Positions 9,883 through 20,211 are shown, counted from the stretch's first letter. The stretch: 64,000 nucleotides of DNA from an uncultured bacterium (GCA_963736115.1 CAVTNR010000019.1:1-64000); one strand, 5' to 3'. Notes: a model not told the origin generated them from the sequence alone. Program-made: numbers and translations.

Positions 9883-11715
9883 ATGATCCCGTCGACACTG
9901 CTGATTCCCGTTTTCCTGCCGCTGGCCGCGGGCGTTCTCATTTTCCTTCTGGCGAAAATGTGGAAGGGATCGGGCGCGGTCCTGTCCCTGGCCGCCACAG
10001 CCGGCATGCTGGCCGTTTCCGCGTTTCTCTTCGGGAAGGAAGGGACGGCGACCCTGCCCTGGGCCGGTTTCGGCCTCGATTTCGTCGTGCGGCTCATGCC
10101 GTTCAACGGATTCATCCTGCTCGCGGTGTCCTTCTTCGCCTTCTGCACGGTTCTGTACGCGGCTTCGTATCTCAAGGGTACTCCGATCGCGCCGCATTTC
10201 TTCGGATTCCTGATGCTGTCCGCGGGCTTCGCGGCAGGCGCGGTGATCGCGGACCATCTCGTGCTCCTGCTGTTCTTCTGGGAGGGCCTGCTCGGGTCCA
10301 TGTATGCGCTCATCGCCATGGGCCGCAAGGACGCCTGGCGCACGGCGGTCAAGATGTTCATCATCGTGGGCGTGTCCGACCTCTGCATGATGGCCGGCAT
10401 CGCCATGACCGGTCACGCGGCCGGGTCGCTCGTAATGTCCTCCATCCACCTGCCGGTGGAGGGGCTCAATATCCTGGCCTTCCTCCTGCTCGCCATCGGC
10501 GGCCTGGCCAAGGCCGGGTCCATGCCCTTCCATTCCTGGATTCCTTTCGCGGCCGAGGACGCGCCCCTGCCGTTCATGGCCTTTTTCCCGGGCGCGCTCG
10601 AGAAACTCGTGGGCATCTATTTTCTGGCCCGGCTGTCCCTCGACCTGTACAGTCTGCAGGCCGGGTCATGGGTGTCGCTCCTGCTCATGATCGTGGGCGC
10701 GGCGACCATTCTGCTCGCCGTGCTCATGGCCCTGATTCAGAAGGACTACAAGAAACTGCTATCGTACCATGCCATCAGCCAGGTCGGGTACATGGTGCTC
10801 GGCATCGGCACGGCCTCGCCGGTCGGCGTGATCGGCGGCCTCTTCCACATGCTGAACAACGCGCTGTACAAGAGCGGACTCTTCCTCACCGCGGGTATGG
10901 TCGAGCATCAGGCCGGCACCACGGACCTGCGCCGGCTCGGCGGTCTCGGAAAGCGCATGCCCCTGACAGCGGCGGCTTTCGTCGTGTTCGGGCTCTCGAT
11001 TTCCGGCGTGCCGCCCTTCAACGGATTCTTTTCCAAGGAACTGATATACGACGCCGCGCTCGAGCGGCACTGGGTTTTCTACCTCGCCGCGGTACTCGGC
11101 TCCTTCTTCACGGCCGCGTCCTTCCTGAAACTCGGACACGCGGCTTTCTTCGGGCCCGCGAAGCCCGAGCACAAGGACGTCCGGGAAGCGCCGTGGCCCA
11201 TGCTCCTGCCCACGCTCGTCATTGCCGGCCTGTGCATTCTGTTCGGGGTATACAACACCCTGCCCGTGCACCGCTTCCTCGTGCCCGCTGTGGGGGAGGA
11301 GGCCCTGCACGGGCATCACGTCTCGGGCATGCCCGCGAACTGGATGCTGGTGGCCGGGACCCTGATCGTGCTCGCGGCCGCGTTGCTGAACCACTGGTAC
11401 GGCGTTCGCCGTTCCGGCGCGGGCCTGGGCGCGGCCGATCACATTCACCACGCGCCCGGACTGTCCGGTGTTTACGACCGGGCCGAGCGTCAGGTTTTCG
11501 ATCCCTACAACCACTGGACGGCCTTGATCGGCGTCCTTTCAAGGATACTGAACGCCGCGGACCGGGGCGTGAACGCCCTGTACGACGTCGTGTCCGTGTC
11601 CGCGGTGAAAACGCTCTCGGCCGGAATGCGCAGACTGCAGTCCGGCGCCTACACGGCCTACATCCTCTGGTCCCTGGCGGGTCTCGCGGCCGCGGCCTGG
11701 TGGATGTTCCGCTGA
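9883..11715 (+). CDS. Hydrogenase membrane subunit, MrpA/NuoL-like antiporter module 2
   Basis: KAGSMPFHSWIP, KKLLSYHAISQVGY, GVPPFNGFFSK; extended C-terminus. Confidence 0.9.
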   Translation: MIPSTLLIPVFLPLAAGVLIFLLAKMWKGSGAVLSLAATAGMLAVSAFLFGKEGTATLPWAGFGLDFVVRLMPFNGFILLAVSFFAFCTVLYAASYLKGTPIAPHFFGFLMLSAGFAAGAVIADHLVLLLFFWEGLLGSMYALIAMGRKDAWRTAVKMFIIVGVSDLCMMAGIAMTGHAAGSLVMSSIHLPVEGLNILAFLLLAIGGLAKAGSMPFHSWIPFAAEDAPLPFMAFFPGALEKLVGIYFLARLSLDLYSLQAGSWVSLLLMIVGAATILLAVLMALIQKDYKKLLSYHAISQVGYMVLGIGTASPVGVIGGLFHMLNNALYKSGLFLTAGMVEHQAGTTDLRRLGGLGKRMPLTAAAFVVFGLSISGVPPFNGFFSKELIYDAALERHWVFYLAAVLGSFFTAASFLKLGHAAFFGPAKPEHKDVREAPWPMLLPTLVIAGLCILFGVYNTLPVHRFLVPAVGEEALHGHHVSGMPANWMLVAGTLIVLAAALLNHWYGVRRSGAGLGAADHIHHAPGLSGVYDRAERQVFDPYNHWTALIGVLSRILNAADRGVNALYDVVSVSAVKTLSAGMRRLQSGAYTAYILWSLAGLAAAAWWMFR

Positions 11716-11752
11716 ACCGGGCGGAAACCCGTTCTTCAGAAAAACAGGAGTC

Positions 11753-13192
11753 GTGTCCTTGCAGTCCCTTCTGATACTGGTGCCCCTGATCTGCCTGATG
11801 CTCTTCAACCTGCCGTGGAAGCGGGGCGTCGGTCAGGCCGTGTCCTTCGGCGCGGGTCTGGCGTTTCTGGCCGCGCAGGCCGCTTCCGCCCTGTGGGCGC
11901 TGCTGTCCGGCGGAGAGCCTTTCGGAGACCCGCTGGCCGGGTTCCTCGTGTTCCGGACCTCGGCCGACGGCCTGACCTGGGTGATGCTGCTCGCGGTGGC
12001 CGTGGTCGCGGCATCCAGCCTGGCCGTGAGCCGCGCCGCTTTCAACGATGAAAAGGACCGGTTTTACTTCGCCAATCTGCTGTTTGTGTCCGTGATCGGC
12101 ATGAACGGCGCCGCGCTTTCCGGCGACCTGTTCACTCTGTACGTTTTCTTCGAGGCCGCCTCGGTGGCGTCCTTCATTCTCATCGCCTTCCGCCGCGGCA
12201 TGGCCGGGCTGGAGGGATCGTTCAAGTACCTCGTGATGTCCACGGTGGCCACGGTGCTCATGCTCACCGGCATCGGATTCTTCATGCTCGCCGGCGCCGG
12301 CACCTCCTTCGCCGAAGTCCGCGCCGCCTGCGTCCAGTCGGCGCATCCGGAATTCGCCCGCATCGGCGGCCTGGTCTTCATGGCCGGCCTGTTCATCAAA
12401 GGCGGCGTGGTGCCCTTTCACGGATGGCTGCCCGACGCGTACGGCACGGCGCCCGGACCCGTGTCCGTCCTGCTGGCCGGCATCGTGACCAAGGCCACGG
12501 GCATTTACGGTCTCATCCGGCTCACCGTTTCCGTCCTCCCGATGACGCCGGAGATGCAGACCCTGCTGATGACGCTGGGGATCGTCTCCATATACGCCGG
12601 CGCCCTCGCCGCCATCGGCCAGTCGGACTACAAGCGCATGCTCGCGTATTCGAGCATCAGCCAGGTCGGTTACATTGTCCTGGCCCTCGGCTGCCGCACG
12701 CCGCTGGCCCTGGCAGGCGCGGTGTTCCACCTGCTGAACCACGCGGTGTTCAAGAGCCTTCTCTTCTCGAACGCGGCGGCCGTGGAATCGCGGCTCGGAC
12801 ACACTGACATGAACCGCATGGGCGGCCTGCAGACGCAGATGCCCTGGTCCAGCCTGTCGGCCGTGATCGGCCTGTTGTCCACGGCCGGAATCCCGCCGCT
12901 GGGCGGGTTCTGGAGCAAAGTCATCATCCTGCTGGCGCTCTGGCAGGCGGGGTTCCACGCCGCGGCCGTGCTGGCCCTGGCGGCCAGCCTGCTGACCCTG
13001 GCGTATTTCCTCTCCATGCAGAGACGCGTGTTCTTCGCCAAGGGTCCGGAGACCGGGACGGCCGTGACCGAAGCCCGGGCCGCGTACCTGGCGCCCCAGC
13101 TGGCTTTGGCCGGACTGACCGCGGCCATCGGCATCGGCTTTCCGTTCGTGTACCGGTTTTTACTGACGCCCATTCAACAACTGCTGTGGTGA
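11753..13192 (+). CDS. Hydrogenase membrane subunit, MrpD/NuoN-like antiporter module 3
   Basis: DLFTLYVFFE, PFHGWLPDAY, KRMLAYSSISQVGY, GIPPLGGFWSK; GTG start after AGGAG. Confidence 0.9.
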   Translation: MSLQSLLILVPLICLMLFNLPWKRGVGQAVSFGAGLAFLAAQAASALWALLSGGEPFGDPLAGFLVFRTSADGLTWVMLLAVAVVAASSLAVSRAAFNDEKDRFYFANLLFVSVIGMNGAALSGDLFTLYVFFEAASVASFILIAFRRGMAGLEGSFKYLVMSTVATVLMLTGIGFFMLAGAGTSFAEVRAACVQSAHPEFARIGGLVFMAGLFIKGGVVPFHGWLPDAYGTAPGPVSVLLAGIVTKATGIYGLIRLTVSVLPMTPEMQTLLMTLGIVSIYAGALAAIGQSDYKRMLAYSSISQVGYIVLALGCRTPLALAGAVFHLLNHAVFKSLLFSNAAAVESRLGHTDMNRMGGLQTQMPWSSLSAVIGLLSTAGIPPLGGFWSKVIILLALWQAGFHAAAVLALAASLLTLAYFLSMQRRVFFAKGPETGTAVTEARAAYLAPQLALAGLTAAIGIGFPFVYRFLLTPIQQLLW

Positions 13193-13196
13193 TCGA

Positions 13197-13679
13197 ATGA
13201 CCGTGGATCTGATCCTGCTCGGACTTCTCGTGCTGGCGGCCCTGTGGGCCGTCCTGAGCGTCCGCCTCATGATGTCGGTCATCGGGCTCGCGGCCGTCAG
13301 CGTGGCCGTGTCGCTCCTGATGTTCCGGCTGGACGCGCCGTACGCCGCGATGTTCGAGCTGTCCGTGTGCGCCGGCCTCATCTCCGTGATCTTCTTCGTG
13401 GCCATCAGCTTCACCAAGCGGCTGACGCCGGAGGATATCCGGACGCACCGCAAGGAAAGACTGCGCAAGACGGTCTGGCTGCCGTTTCTCCTGGCCGGGC
13501 TCGCGATTCTCCTGGTCGCCCGGCTGAAAAGCCCGGGTCTCGAGCCCGCGACGGTTCCGGGCGGTGACGTGCGGACCCTGCTGTGGGGCGGCCGCCACCT
13601 CGACCTGATCGGACAGATCGTGGTGCTGCTGGCCGGGGCCTTCGGCGTCGTGGTGCTATTCAAGGAAAAAAACAAATGA
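13197..13679 (+). CDS. NuoJ-like membrane subunit
   Basis: Several TM helices, AAMFELSVCAGL; operon position. Confidence 0.8.
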   Translation: MTVDLILLGLLVLAALWAVLSVRLMMSVIGLAAVSVAVSLLMFRLDAPYAAMFELSVCAGLISVIFFVAISFTKRLTPEDIRTHRKERLRKTVWLPFLLAGLAILLVARLKSPGLEPATVPGGDVRTLLWGGRHLDLIGQIVVLLAGAFGVVVLFKEKNK

Positions 13680-13996
13680 ACTTTGCCGGAATCCCGCTCT
13701 TCGACGCCTTCGGCATCGCCGGGGCGCTTCTCCTGGCGGCCGGACTCTACTATCTGCTGGTCACCTCGAACCTGATCCGGGCGATGATCGCCCTGGAACT
13801 CATGATCAAGGGCGTCACGCTCTTCCTGATCCTCGCGGGCCGGGTCACGGGCCGCACGGACCTGGCGCAGGCCCTGGTCATCACCCTCATCGTGATCGAG
13901 GTCGTCATCATGGTCGTCGCGGGCGGGCTGGTGCTCGGCGTCTTCCGGAACACCCGTTCCGTGGGCTCGCGGCAGATCCGGAACCTGAAAGGCTGA
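13676..13996 (+). CDS. NuoK/MrpC-like membrane subunit
   Basis: 3 TM helices, NLIRAMIALELMIKG, IVIEV; ATGA overlap. Confidence 0.82.
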   Translation: MNFAGIPLFDAFGIAGALLLAAGLYYLLVTSNLIRAMIALELMIKGVTLFLILAGRVTGRTDLAQALVITLIVIEVVIMVVAGGLVLGVFRNTRSVGSRQIRNLKG

Positions 13997-14003
13997 AGCG
14001 CCC

Positions 14004-14342
14004 ATGAACTCCAGCATCTGGCTTTCGCCCCCGGTCGCGTTCGGCATCCTGTTCGCCGTCACGGCCCTGCTCTCCCTGCTTGGCGGCCGGCTCGCGTTCA
14101 AGCGGAAGGGCCCGAAACCGTCCGGTTCGGGCAAGGGATACGCCTGCGGGGAGGATTTCAAGGGCCACGGCGCCCAGCCGGATTACAGTTCGTTCTTCCC
14201 GTTCGCGTTTTTCTTCACGATTCTTCACGTGGTGGCCCTGGCCGTCGCCTCGGTTCCGGCCGTGAACGCCGGCATCTTCGCCATTGCCGCGGTGTACTGC
14301 GCGGGCGCGGTGATCGGCCTGTCCGTTCTGCAGAGGAGGTGA
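14004..14342 (+). CDS. NuoA-like membrane subunit
   Basis: YACGE loop between TM helices. Confidence 0.75.
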   Translation: MNSSIWLSPPVAFGILFAVTALLSLLGGRLAFKRKGPKPSGSGKGYACGEDFKGHGAQPDYSSFFPFAFFFTILHVVALAVASVPAVNAGIFAIAAVYCAGAVIGLSVLQRR

Positions 14343-14348
14343 GGTTCC

Positions 14349-14804
14349 GTGGGAGCGATTCAGCGGATCGTCCAGTGGTCGCGCATCAAATCGCCCTGGG
14401 TGATCCATTTCAACTCCGGCGCGTGCAACGGGTGCGACATCGAAATCGTCGCGTCCCTGACGCCGCGGTATGACTTGGAGCGGTTCGGCGTCCTGCTCAA
14501 GGGCACCCCGCGGCACGCGGACGTCCTGCTGGCCTCGGGACCCGTGACGCGGCAGATCGAGGACCGCCTGCTGCGCATCTACGAGCAGATGGCCGAGCCG
14601 AAGTTCGTGGTGGCCGTCGGCACCTGCGCGTGCACGGGCGGCGTGTTCCGCGGGCTCTACAACGTCAGGGGCGGCATCGACACGATTCTGCCGGTTTCAG
14701 CCTATATACCCGGGTGTTCCGTGACCCCGAACGCCATTATCGACGGCGTGGTCAAACTGCTGGCCACCCTGGAGAGCCCGCCGAAAAAGGCTGCGGCCGG
14801 CTGA
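14349..14804 (+). CDS. Group 4 [NiFe]-hydrogenase small subunit (EchC/MbhJ-like)
   Basis: GACNGCDIE (CxxC, not the complex I CC), PRHAD, GTCACTGG, YIPGC. Confidence 0.9.
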   Translation: MGAIQRIVQWSRIKSPWVIHFNSGACNGCDIEIVASLTPRYDLERFGVLLKGTPRHADVLLASGPVTRQIEDRLLRIYEQMAEPKFVVAVGTCACTGGVFRGLYNVRGGIDTILPVSAYIPGCSVTPNAIIDGVVKLLATLESPPKKAAAG

Positions 14805-14949
14805 ACGCCGGGACCGCGCGCCTGGGGCCGTCAACCGGGAGCGGGTCCGCCGGGAGCCGCGCGCCCCGACGTGTGATATCTAAAACGGAACTTTTCCGGC
14901 CGCGGTTCGTTTCCATCCGATGCGTTCAATTGAAGACTGGAAGTCACGC

Positions 14950-15441
14950 ATGACACAGGAAGAAAAATTCCGCAATGACCTGGCGGCGCGTTTCCCCGAA
15001 CTGGCGGACAAAATCATCCTCCAGAGGGTCCGCCGCATCTGGGTCGACGTGCCGGCCGGCCGGTTCCGCGAGGTCTTTGACTTCTGCACGGAATCGCTCG
15101 GCGTCACCATTCTGCTCATTCTGACCGGCCTGGACGAGGTTGAATCGGGTACGTTCGGCGTCCTCTACCACATGGCCCGTCCCGACGGCGTGGTGATCAA
15201 CCTCCGCATCCACCTGCCGAAGGACAAGCCGGTCATGCGGAGCGTCACGGACCGGTTCCCGTCCGCCGAGGCGTACGAGCGCGAACTGGTCGATCTGCTC
15301 GGCATCGTCGTGACCGGACTGCCGGAAGGCTCCCGCTACCCGCTTCCGGACAGCTGGCCGGAAGGGCAGTACCCGCTCCGCAAGGACTGGAAGCCCGCGG
15401 ACGCCGCGCCGGCTCCGGAGGAAGGAAAGAGCCATGCCTGA
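14950..15441 (+). CDS. NuoC/EchD-like subunit
   Basis: AEAYERELVDLLGI, YPLRKDW. Confidence 0.85.
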   Translation: MTQEEKFRNDLAARFPELADKIILQRVRRIWVDVPAGRFREVFDFCTESLGVTILLILTGLDEVESGTFGVLYHMARPDGVVINLRIHLPKDKPVMRSVTDRFPSAEAYERELVDLLGIVVTGLPEGSRYPLPDSWPEGQYPLRKDWKPADAAPAPEEGKSHA

Positions 15442-16674
15442 TTTCGGAAGCGTGCAGATCCCGGTCGGGCCCCAGCATCCGGCCCTGAAGGAGCCCGAAA
15501 GCTTTCTCATCACCCTGCGCGGCGAGAAGATCACGGCCGCGAGCGTGCGCATGGGATACAACCACCGCGGCGTCGAAAAGGGCGCGGAAGACCGCACTTA
15601 CATCCAGGACATCTACCTTGTCGAGCGCATCTGCGGCATCTGCTCGCATTCGCACGCCACCGCCTTCGTCCAGGCCGTGGAGGAAATCGCCGGGCTCCAG
15701 GTGCCCCGCCGCGCCCAGTACATCCGCATGCTGGTCGGCGAACTGGAGCGCATGCACAGCCACCTGCTCTGGCTCGGCGTGGCCGGGCACGAGATCGGTT
15801 TCGACACCCTGCTCATGTACTCCTGGCGCGACCGCGAGGTGGTCATGGACCTGCTGGCCGCGATCAGCGGCAACCGGGTCAATTACGGCATGAACACCAT
15901 CGGCGGCGTGCGGCGCGACGTGGACGCGGCACTGGCCGGAACGATCCTCAAGGGAGTGGACCGGCTGGAGGAACAGACGAAGTACTACATCCAGGTCTGC
16001 TCCGAGGAGACCACGCTGATCAAGCGTCTCTCCGGGGTCGGCGTGGCTGACGTACGAGGACGCGCTCCGGCTCCTGGTGGTCGGCCCGACCGGCCGCGCG
16101 TCGGGCGTGGCCCGCGACATCCGGAAGGACGACCCGTACGCTCGCGTACGACGAGCTGGATTTCAAGGTCGTGACCAGCGACCACTGCGACGTCTACGGC
16201 CGGACCCTGGTGCGCGTCGGCGAGCTGATGGAAAGCTACTCGCTGATCCGGCAGATCCTGAAGAAACTGCCTGACGGCCCGATCACGGTCAAGGCGCCGC
16301 GCAAGATCCCGGCCGGCGAGGCCCTCAGCCGGTACGAGGCGCCCCGCGGCGAGGACGTGCATTACGTGAAGGCGAACGGCACAGAGAAACCCGAACGCGT
16401 GAAGGTGCGCGCCCCCACGCTGGCCAACCTCCAGGCCGTTTCGCACATGCTCGAGGACAACAACCTGGCCGACATGCCCATCGTCATCGCGGCCATCGAC
16501 CCCTGCTTCTCCTGCACCGACCGGGCCGTGGAACTCAAACGGGCGGATTCGGGCCTGCGGGACCGCATGGACTGGGGCCGCCTCCGGAAGCACGGCATCG
16601 ATTTCTACCGGAGCCGGGGCGTTGATTTCACGGAACTGAACCGGTCACTCACCCGGAGGATGAAGAATTCCTAA
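15434..16674 (+). CDS. Group 4 [NiFe]-hydrogenase large subunit, split by two +1 frameshifts
   Basis: GPQHPALKEP, L1 motif ERICGIC, L2 motif DPCFSCTDR plus C-terminal extension; frame is restored by removing one base near 16046 and one near 16140. Confidence 0.88.
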
Positions 16675-17616
16675 ATGGGCACCGCACTGATTCAGATACT
16701 CGTATTCCCGGGTCTGCTGTTCCTGGCGGTCGCGGGCCTGGCCGGAGAGTTTATCGACCGGAGGCTGTACGCCCGGTTCCAGAACCGGATGGGACCGCCG
16801 TGGTTCCAGCCCCTGGCCGATTTCATCAAGCTCCTGTCCAAGGAGGAGCTCGTACCGGACGGCGTGGACCGCGGCCTATTCCGGCTCATGCCGGTGTTCG
16901 CGCTGACCGCCGTGGTGACCGCTTTCTTCTATATTCCGCTCTGGAAACCGGCCGCGCTGGCCTCGTTCAGCGGGGACGCGATCGTCGTGCTGTACCTGCT
17001 GACCATTCCGACGTTCACCTATTTTCTCGGCGGGTACACGTCGAACTCCGTGTACGCCCTGCTCGGGTCGGCCCGCACGCTGACCCAGCTCTACGCGTAT
17101 GAGGTTCCGCTTTTCCTGGCCGTGCTCGGACCCTGCCTGCTCGCGGGCACGTGGTCTCTGTCGGAGTTGACGGTTTTCTTCCAGGCGCGTCCCTGGGCCC
17201 TGGCCGCGAACGCCGCCGGATTCGGCATTGCCCTGATCGCCCTGCTCGGCAAGCTGGAAAAGGTTCCTTTCGACATCCCGGAGGCCGAGACGGAAATCGT
17301 CGGCGGCGCTTTCACCGAGTACAGCGGCCGCTTTCTCGCGTGGTTCCGGCTCTCCTTCGACATTGAGATGATCACGGGCGCGTCCCTCCTGGCCGCGGTG
17401 TTCATGCCCTTCGGCCTGGGGTTCGGGTTCGCGGCCGGATTCGGGCTGTACCTCGTTAAAATTCTGTTCCTCATCGCGCTGATCGCCCTGATCCGCTCGC
17501 TCGTGGCGAGATTGCGCATCGACCAGATGATCGGCTTCTGCTGGAAGGTGCTCGCGCCGATCGCCTTCCTGCAGGTGATCGTGAACCTGGTGCTGAAAGG
17601 GATTTTCTTTTCATGA
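16675..17616 (+). CDS. NuoH/EchB-like membrane subunit
   Basis: RFQNRMGPPWFQPLADFIKLLSKE, PFDIPEAETEI..G.FTEYSG. Confidence 0.9.
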   Translation: MGTALIQILVFPGLLFLAVAGLAGEFIDRRLYARFQNRMGPPWFQPLADFIKLLSKEELVPDGVDRGLFRLMPVFALTAVVTAFFYIPLWKPAALASFSGDAIVVLYLLTIPTFTYFLGGYTSNSVYALLGSARTLTQLYAYEVPLFLAVLGPCLLAGTWSLSELTVFFQARPWALAANAAGFGIALIALLGKLEKVPFDIPEAETEIVGGAFTEYSGRFLAWFRLSFDIEMITGASLLAAVFMPFGLGFGFAAGFGLYLVKILFLIALIALIRSLVARLRIDQMIGFCWKVLAPIAFLQVIVNLVLKGIFFS

Positions 17617-18053
17617 TCAGACCCGGTGCCATGTTCAGTACGCTGATCGCCTCCGTTTTCCGGAAGCCGGCCACCCATCGGTACCCGGCCGCCCCGTTCG
17701 AGATGCCGGCGCATTTCCGCGGCCAGATCCGTTTCATCGCCAAAAACTGCATCGGGTGCCGCATGTGCATGCGCGACTGCCCCGCGGACGCGGTTGAAAT
17801 CCGCAAGGTGGGGGAGAAGCGTTTCGAGGCGCGTTTCGACCTCGGCCGCTGCATTTACTGCGCCCAGTGCGTCGACTCCTGCCCCAAGAGCGCTCTTGAA
17901 GCGACTGACCGCTACGAGCTCGCGGGATACAAACAGGACCAGCTCAAGGCGTTTTTCGAGGCCGCGCCCGCGCCGCCGGCGGCCCCGGCCACTCCTCAGG
18001 CGGAAGAGACGCCTTCCACGGAACCCGCCCCTGCCCCAGACGCTGGAAAATAA
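17613..18053 (+). CDS. NuoI/EchF-like 2[4Fe-4S] subunit
   Basis: CIGCRMCMRDCP and CIYCAQCVDSCP. Confidence 0.9.
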   Translation: MIRPGAMFSTLIASVFRKPATHRYPAAPFEMPAHFRGQIRFIAKNCIGCRMCMRDCPADAVEIRKVGEKRFEARFDLGRCIYCAQCVDSCPKSALEATDRYELAGYKQDQLKAFFEAAPAPPAAPATPQAEETPSTEPAPAPDAGK

Positions 18054-18564
18054 GCTTCCCCCTTTTTTAAAGGACGTCCGGTCGCTTGCCATTCTGGGCG
18101 TGGGATCGGACCTGCGGGGCGACGATGCCGCGGGCCTGATTCTGTGCCGCAGGCTGGAGGCGCGTTTTGCGTCCCTTCCGGATCCGTCCCGGTTCCGCGC
18201 CTTCATGGGCGAAACCGCGCCTGAAAACCTCACCGGAGAAATCCGGCGGTTTGCGCCCTCCCACCTCATCATTGTCGATAGCGCTGATTTCGGACGCGAG
18301 CCCGGAACCATCGTTGCCGCGGATCCCGTCGAGATTACCGGCATTTCTTTCTCAACGCATCGCCTGCCTCTTTTCGTGCTCACGGATTACATCGAGCGGG
18401 AAATGCCGTGCCGGATTCTCATTATCGGCATGCAGCCGCTGACGCTCGGGCTGTTCCGCGAGGTTTCCGAATCCGTTGCATCCGCGCTTGACGCACTCTC
18501 CGAAACGCTGATCAAGGCCATCGAAATCCTGCCGGGGTTTTCGTCCGCGTCTTCCAATCCCTGA
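18043..18564 (+). CDS. hycI: Hydrogenase maturation protease (HycI-like); start uncertain
   Basis: LGVGSDLRGDDAAG, GETAPEN, IIVDSAD, FSTHRLP; no ATG/GTG/TTG at the expected start. Confidence 0.82.
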   Translation: MENKLPPFLKDVRSLAILGVGSDLRGDDAAGLILCRRLEARFASLPDPSRFRAFMGETAPENLTGEIRRFAPSHLIIVDSADFGREPGTIVAADPVEITGISFSTHRLPLFVLTDYIEREMPCRILIIGMQPLTLGLFREVSESVASALDALSETLIKAIEILPGFSSASSNP

Positions 18565-18583
18565 AATCCGCAGTAATAACTTA

Positions 18584-18692
18584 CGCATAGCGCATAGGGC
18601 ATAGCGCAGAGCGCAACAGCGCAAAGTGGTATTTATTCGCTATGCGCTGTGCCCTGTGCATTTTTAGCGCTTTGCGCGATGCACGATGCCAT
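18584..18692. repeat. Inverted heptamer arrays (GCATAGC)n ... (GCTATGC)n
   Basis: About 5 degenerate units on each side of a short AT-rich spacer. Confidence 0.75.
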
Positions 18693-18869
18693 GTTTTGGC
18701 CCCCGGTTTGCCTGTATTCAGGATGGGAGTATTGGATCCGGACTGTATCATTTGATATAACAGATTGAAAATACTTGGATAAGGATTAGTGATAATTTCG
18801 CGGAATCCGGCTTGATTCTCCGGCTAAAGGGGAAATAGTTACCCTTTTCCCGGCCGAAGGAGGAAAACC

Positions 18870-19391
18870 TTGCGTCACGTGATACTGCTTTGCCTGGCTC
18901 TGACCCTTGTCGCATGCGAGCATTTTCCGAGCAATCCCGAGCTCAAGCCGGATCTGCGTTTTGTCCGGATCGACCACCTGAGCACCCGGTATGTTCCAAT
19001 CGATCCCCCGGCCGAGAGTCTGGTGGCGCGCAGGGTCAACATTCTTGAATTCCGGGTTCGCGCCGAGAACCTGGTCACCGCGGCACTGGAGTTCCGCGGA
19101 AAAGCGGCGCTTTCCGGTCCTCCGGAAACCAAGACGCATGCCTTCCGCTTCCGCACGGACCGACTGGATCCCGTGGTCCCGCAGGCGGGCTTTCCTTTCG
19201 ATGTCTTCGCCTCCATCGACACCGGAAAAGCCTATGTTTTTTACCGCTTCCACATCCCCATGAACGAGTACTCCCCGTTCGCGGACGGCCAGGGCATGGT
19301 CACGGCCCTGACCATAGACGAGGTTCTCGCGATCGACGAACAGGGCGAGTCCTGCCGTGTCGCCTTTTCCAGCGGGGAAACCCAGCCTTAA
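18870..19391 (+). CDS. Hypothetical lipoprotein
   Basis: TTG after AGGAGG; MRHVILLCLALTLVAC lipobox. Confidence 0.6.
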   Translation: MRHVILLCLALTLVACEHFPSNPELKPDLRFVRIDHLSTRYVPIDPPAESLVARRVNILEFRVRAENLVTAALEFRGKAALSGPPETKTHAFRFRTDRLDPVVPQAGFPFDVFASIDTGKAYVFYRFHIPMNEYSPFADGQGMVTALTIDEVLAIDEQGESCRVAFSSGETQP

Positions 19392-19461
19392 ATTCGCTTT
19401 GCATTCTGAAAAAGGTTGCCTAAATTATCCCCGTCCAATGGTTCACGAATCGGGGGTGATC

Positions 19462-20211
19462 ATGAACGCAACCGGCCAAACCGGAGTTCTGGAGCGATGC
19501 ATCCGCCTGGAACATACGGCTGTGGCATTCTATGTCCGGCTCGCCGAGCATTTTCCGGCTGATGGGCTGAAGCCGTTCTGGTTGGACATGGCGGAACAGG
19601 AACGAACCCATGTCCGGATGTGGGAGAAGCTCCTCGAATCGCAGAAGGAGGGCGGCCTCCCGGGTCTTTTCGACAAGCCGGAATCCGTCATCCGCGAGTT
19701 GGAGAACCTGAACCAGAAGCTGGAATCCAGGCTGAAACAGGGCCTGCCTTCCGATCCCCTGGACGCATTTCTGCTCGCCTACCAGGTCGAATGGCTGATG
19801 CTGCATCCGGCTTTTCCCGCCTTTTTTCTCGTGTACGCCCGCAAGACGAAGGACGCCTCGCAGGAGGAAGCCTACCGCCGCCATCTGGACGGCCTTATCC
19901 GGGAAGCGAGAAAGCTCGGCGTGGAGGATCCTTCCCTCGACCTCATCGCGGATATCATTGAGCGGCACTGGAACGTCCATCGGGACCTGGCAGCCGCCCT
20001 ATCCGATGTCCGGGAGCTCCGGGACCTCATTCCCATGTGTTCGTACTGCAAGAATGTCCGGAACGACAGGGGATACTGGGAGAAGGTGGAGGCGTACGTG
20101 GAGACGCGGATTCCCGCGACCTTCTCTCACGGCATATGCCCGGACTGCATCCGGAAGCATTTTCCGGATTTCGCGGAAGACATCATCAATGATATGAACA
20201 AAAAACGGTGA
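19462..20211 (+). CDS. Ferritin/rubrerythrin-like domain fused to a C-terminal Cys4 metal-binding domain
   Basis: [13 protein letters not shown]...MAEQERTH; C-terminal [17 protein letters not shown]...FSHGICPDC. Confidence 0.7.
   Translation: MNATGQTGVLERCIRLEHTAVAFYVRLAEHFPADGLKPFWLDMAEQERTHVRMWEKLLESQKEGGLPGLFDKPESVIRELENLNQKLESRLKQGLPSDPLDAFLLAYQVEWLMLHPAFPAFFLVYARKTKDASQEEAYRRHLDGLIREARKLGVEDPSLDLIADIIERHWNVHRDLAAALSDVRELRDLIPMCSYCKNVRNDRGYWEKVEAYVETRIPATFSHGICPDCIRKHFPDFAEDIINDMNKKR

Noticed and set aside
8436-18053. NADH dehydrogenase (nuo) or stand-alone Mrp operon
   Set aside because: Ni-binding CxxC motifs, cleavable tail, HycI and absence of NuoEFG indicate a hydrogenase
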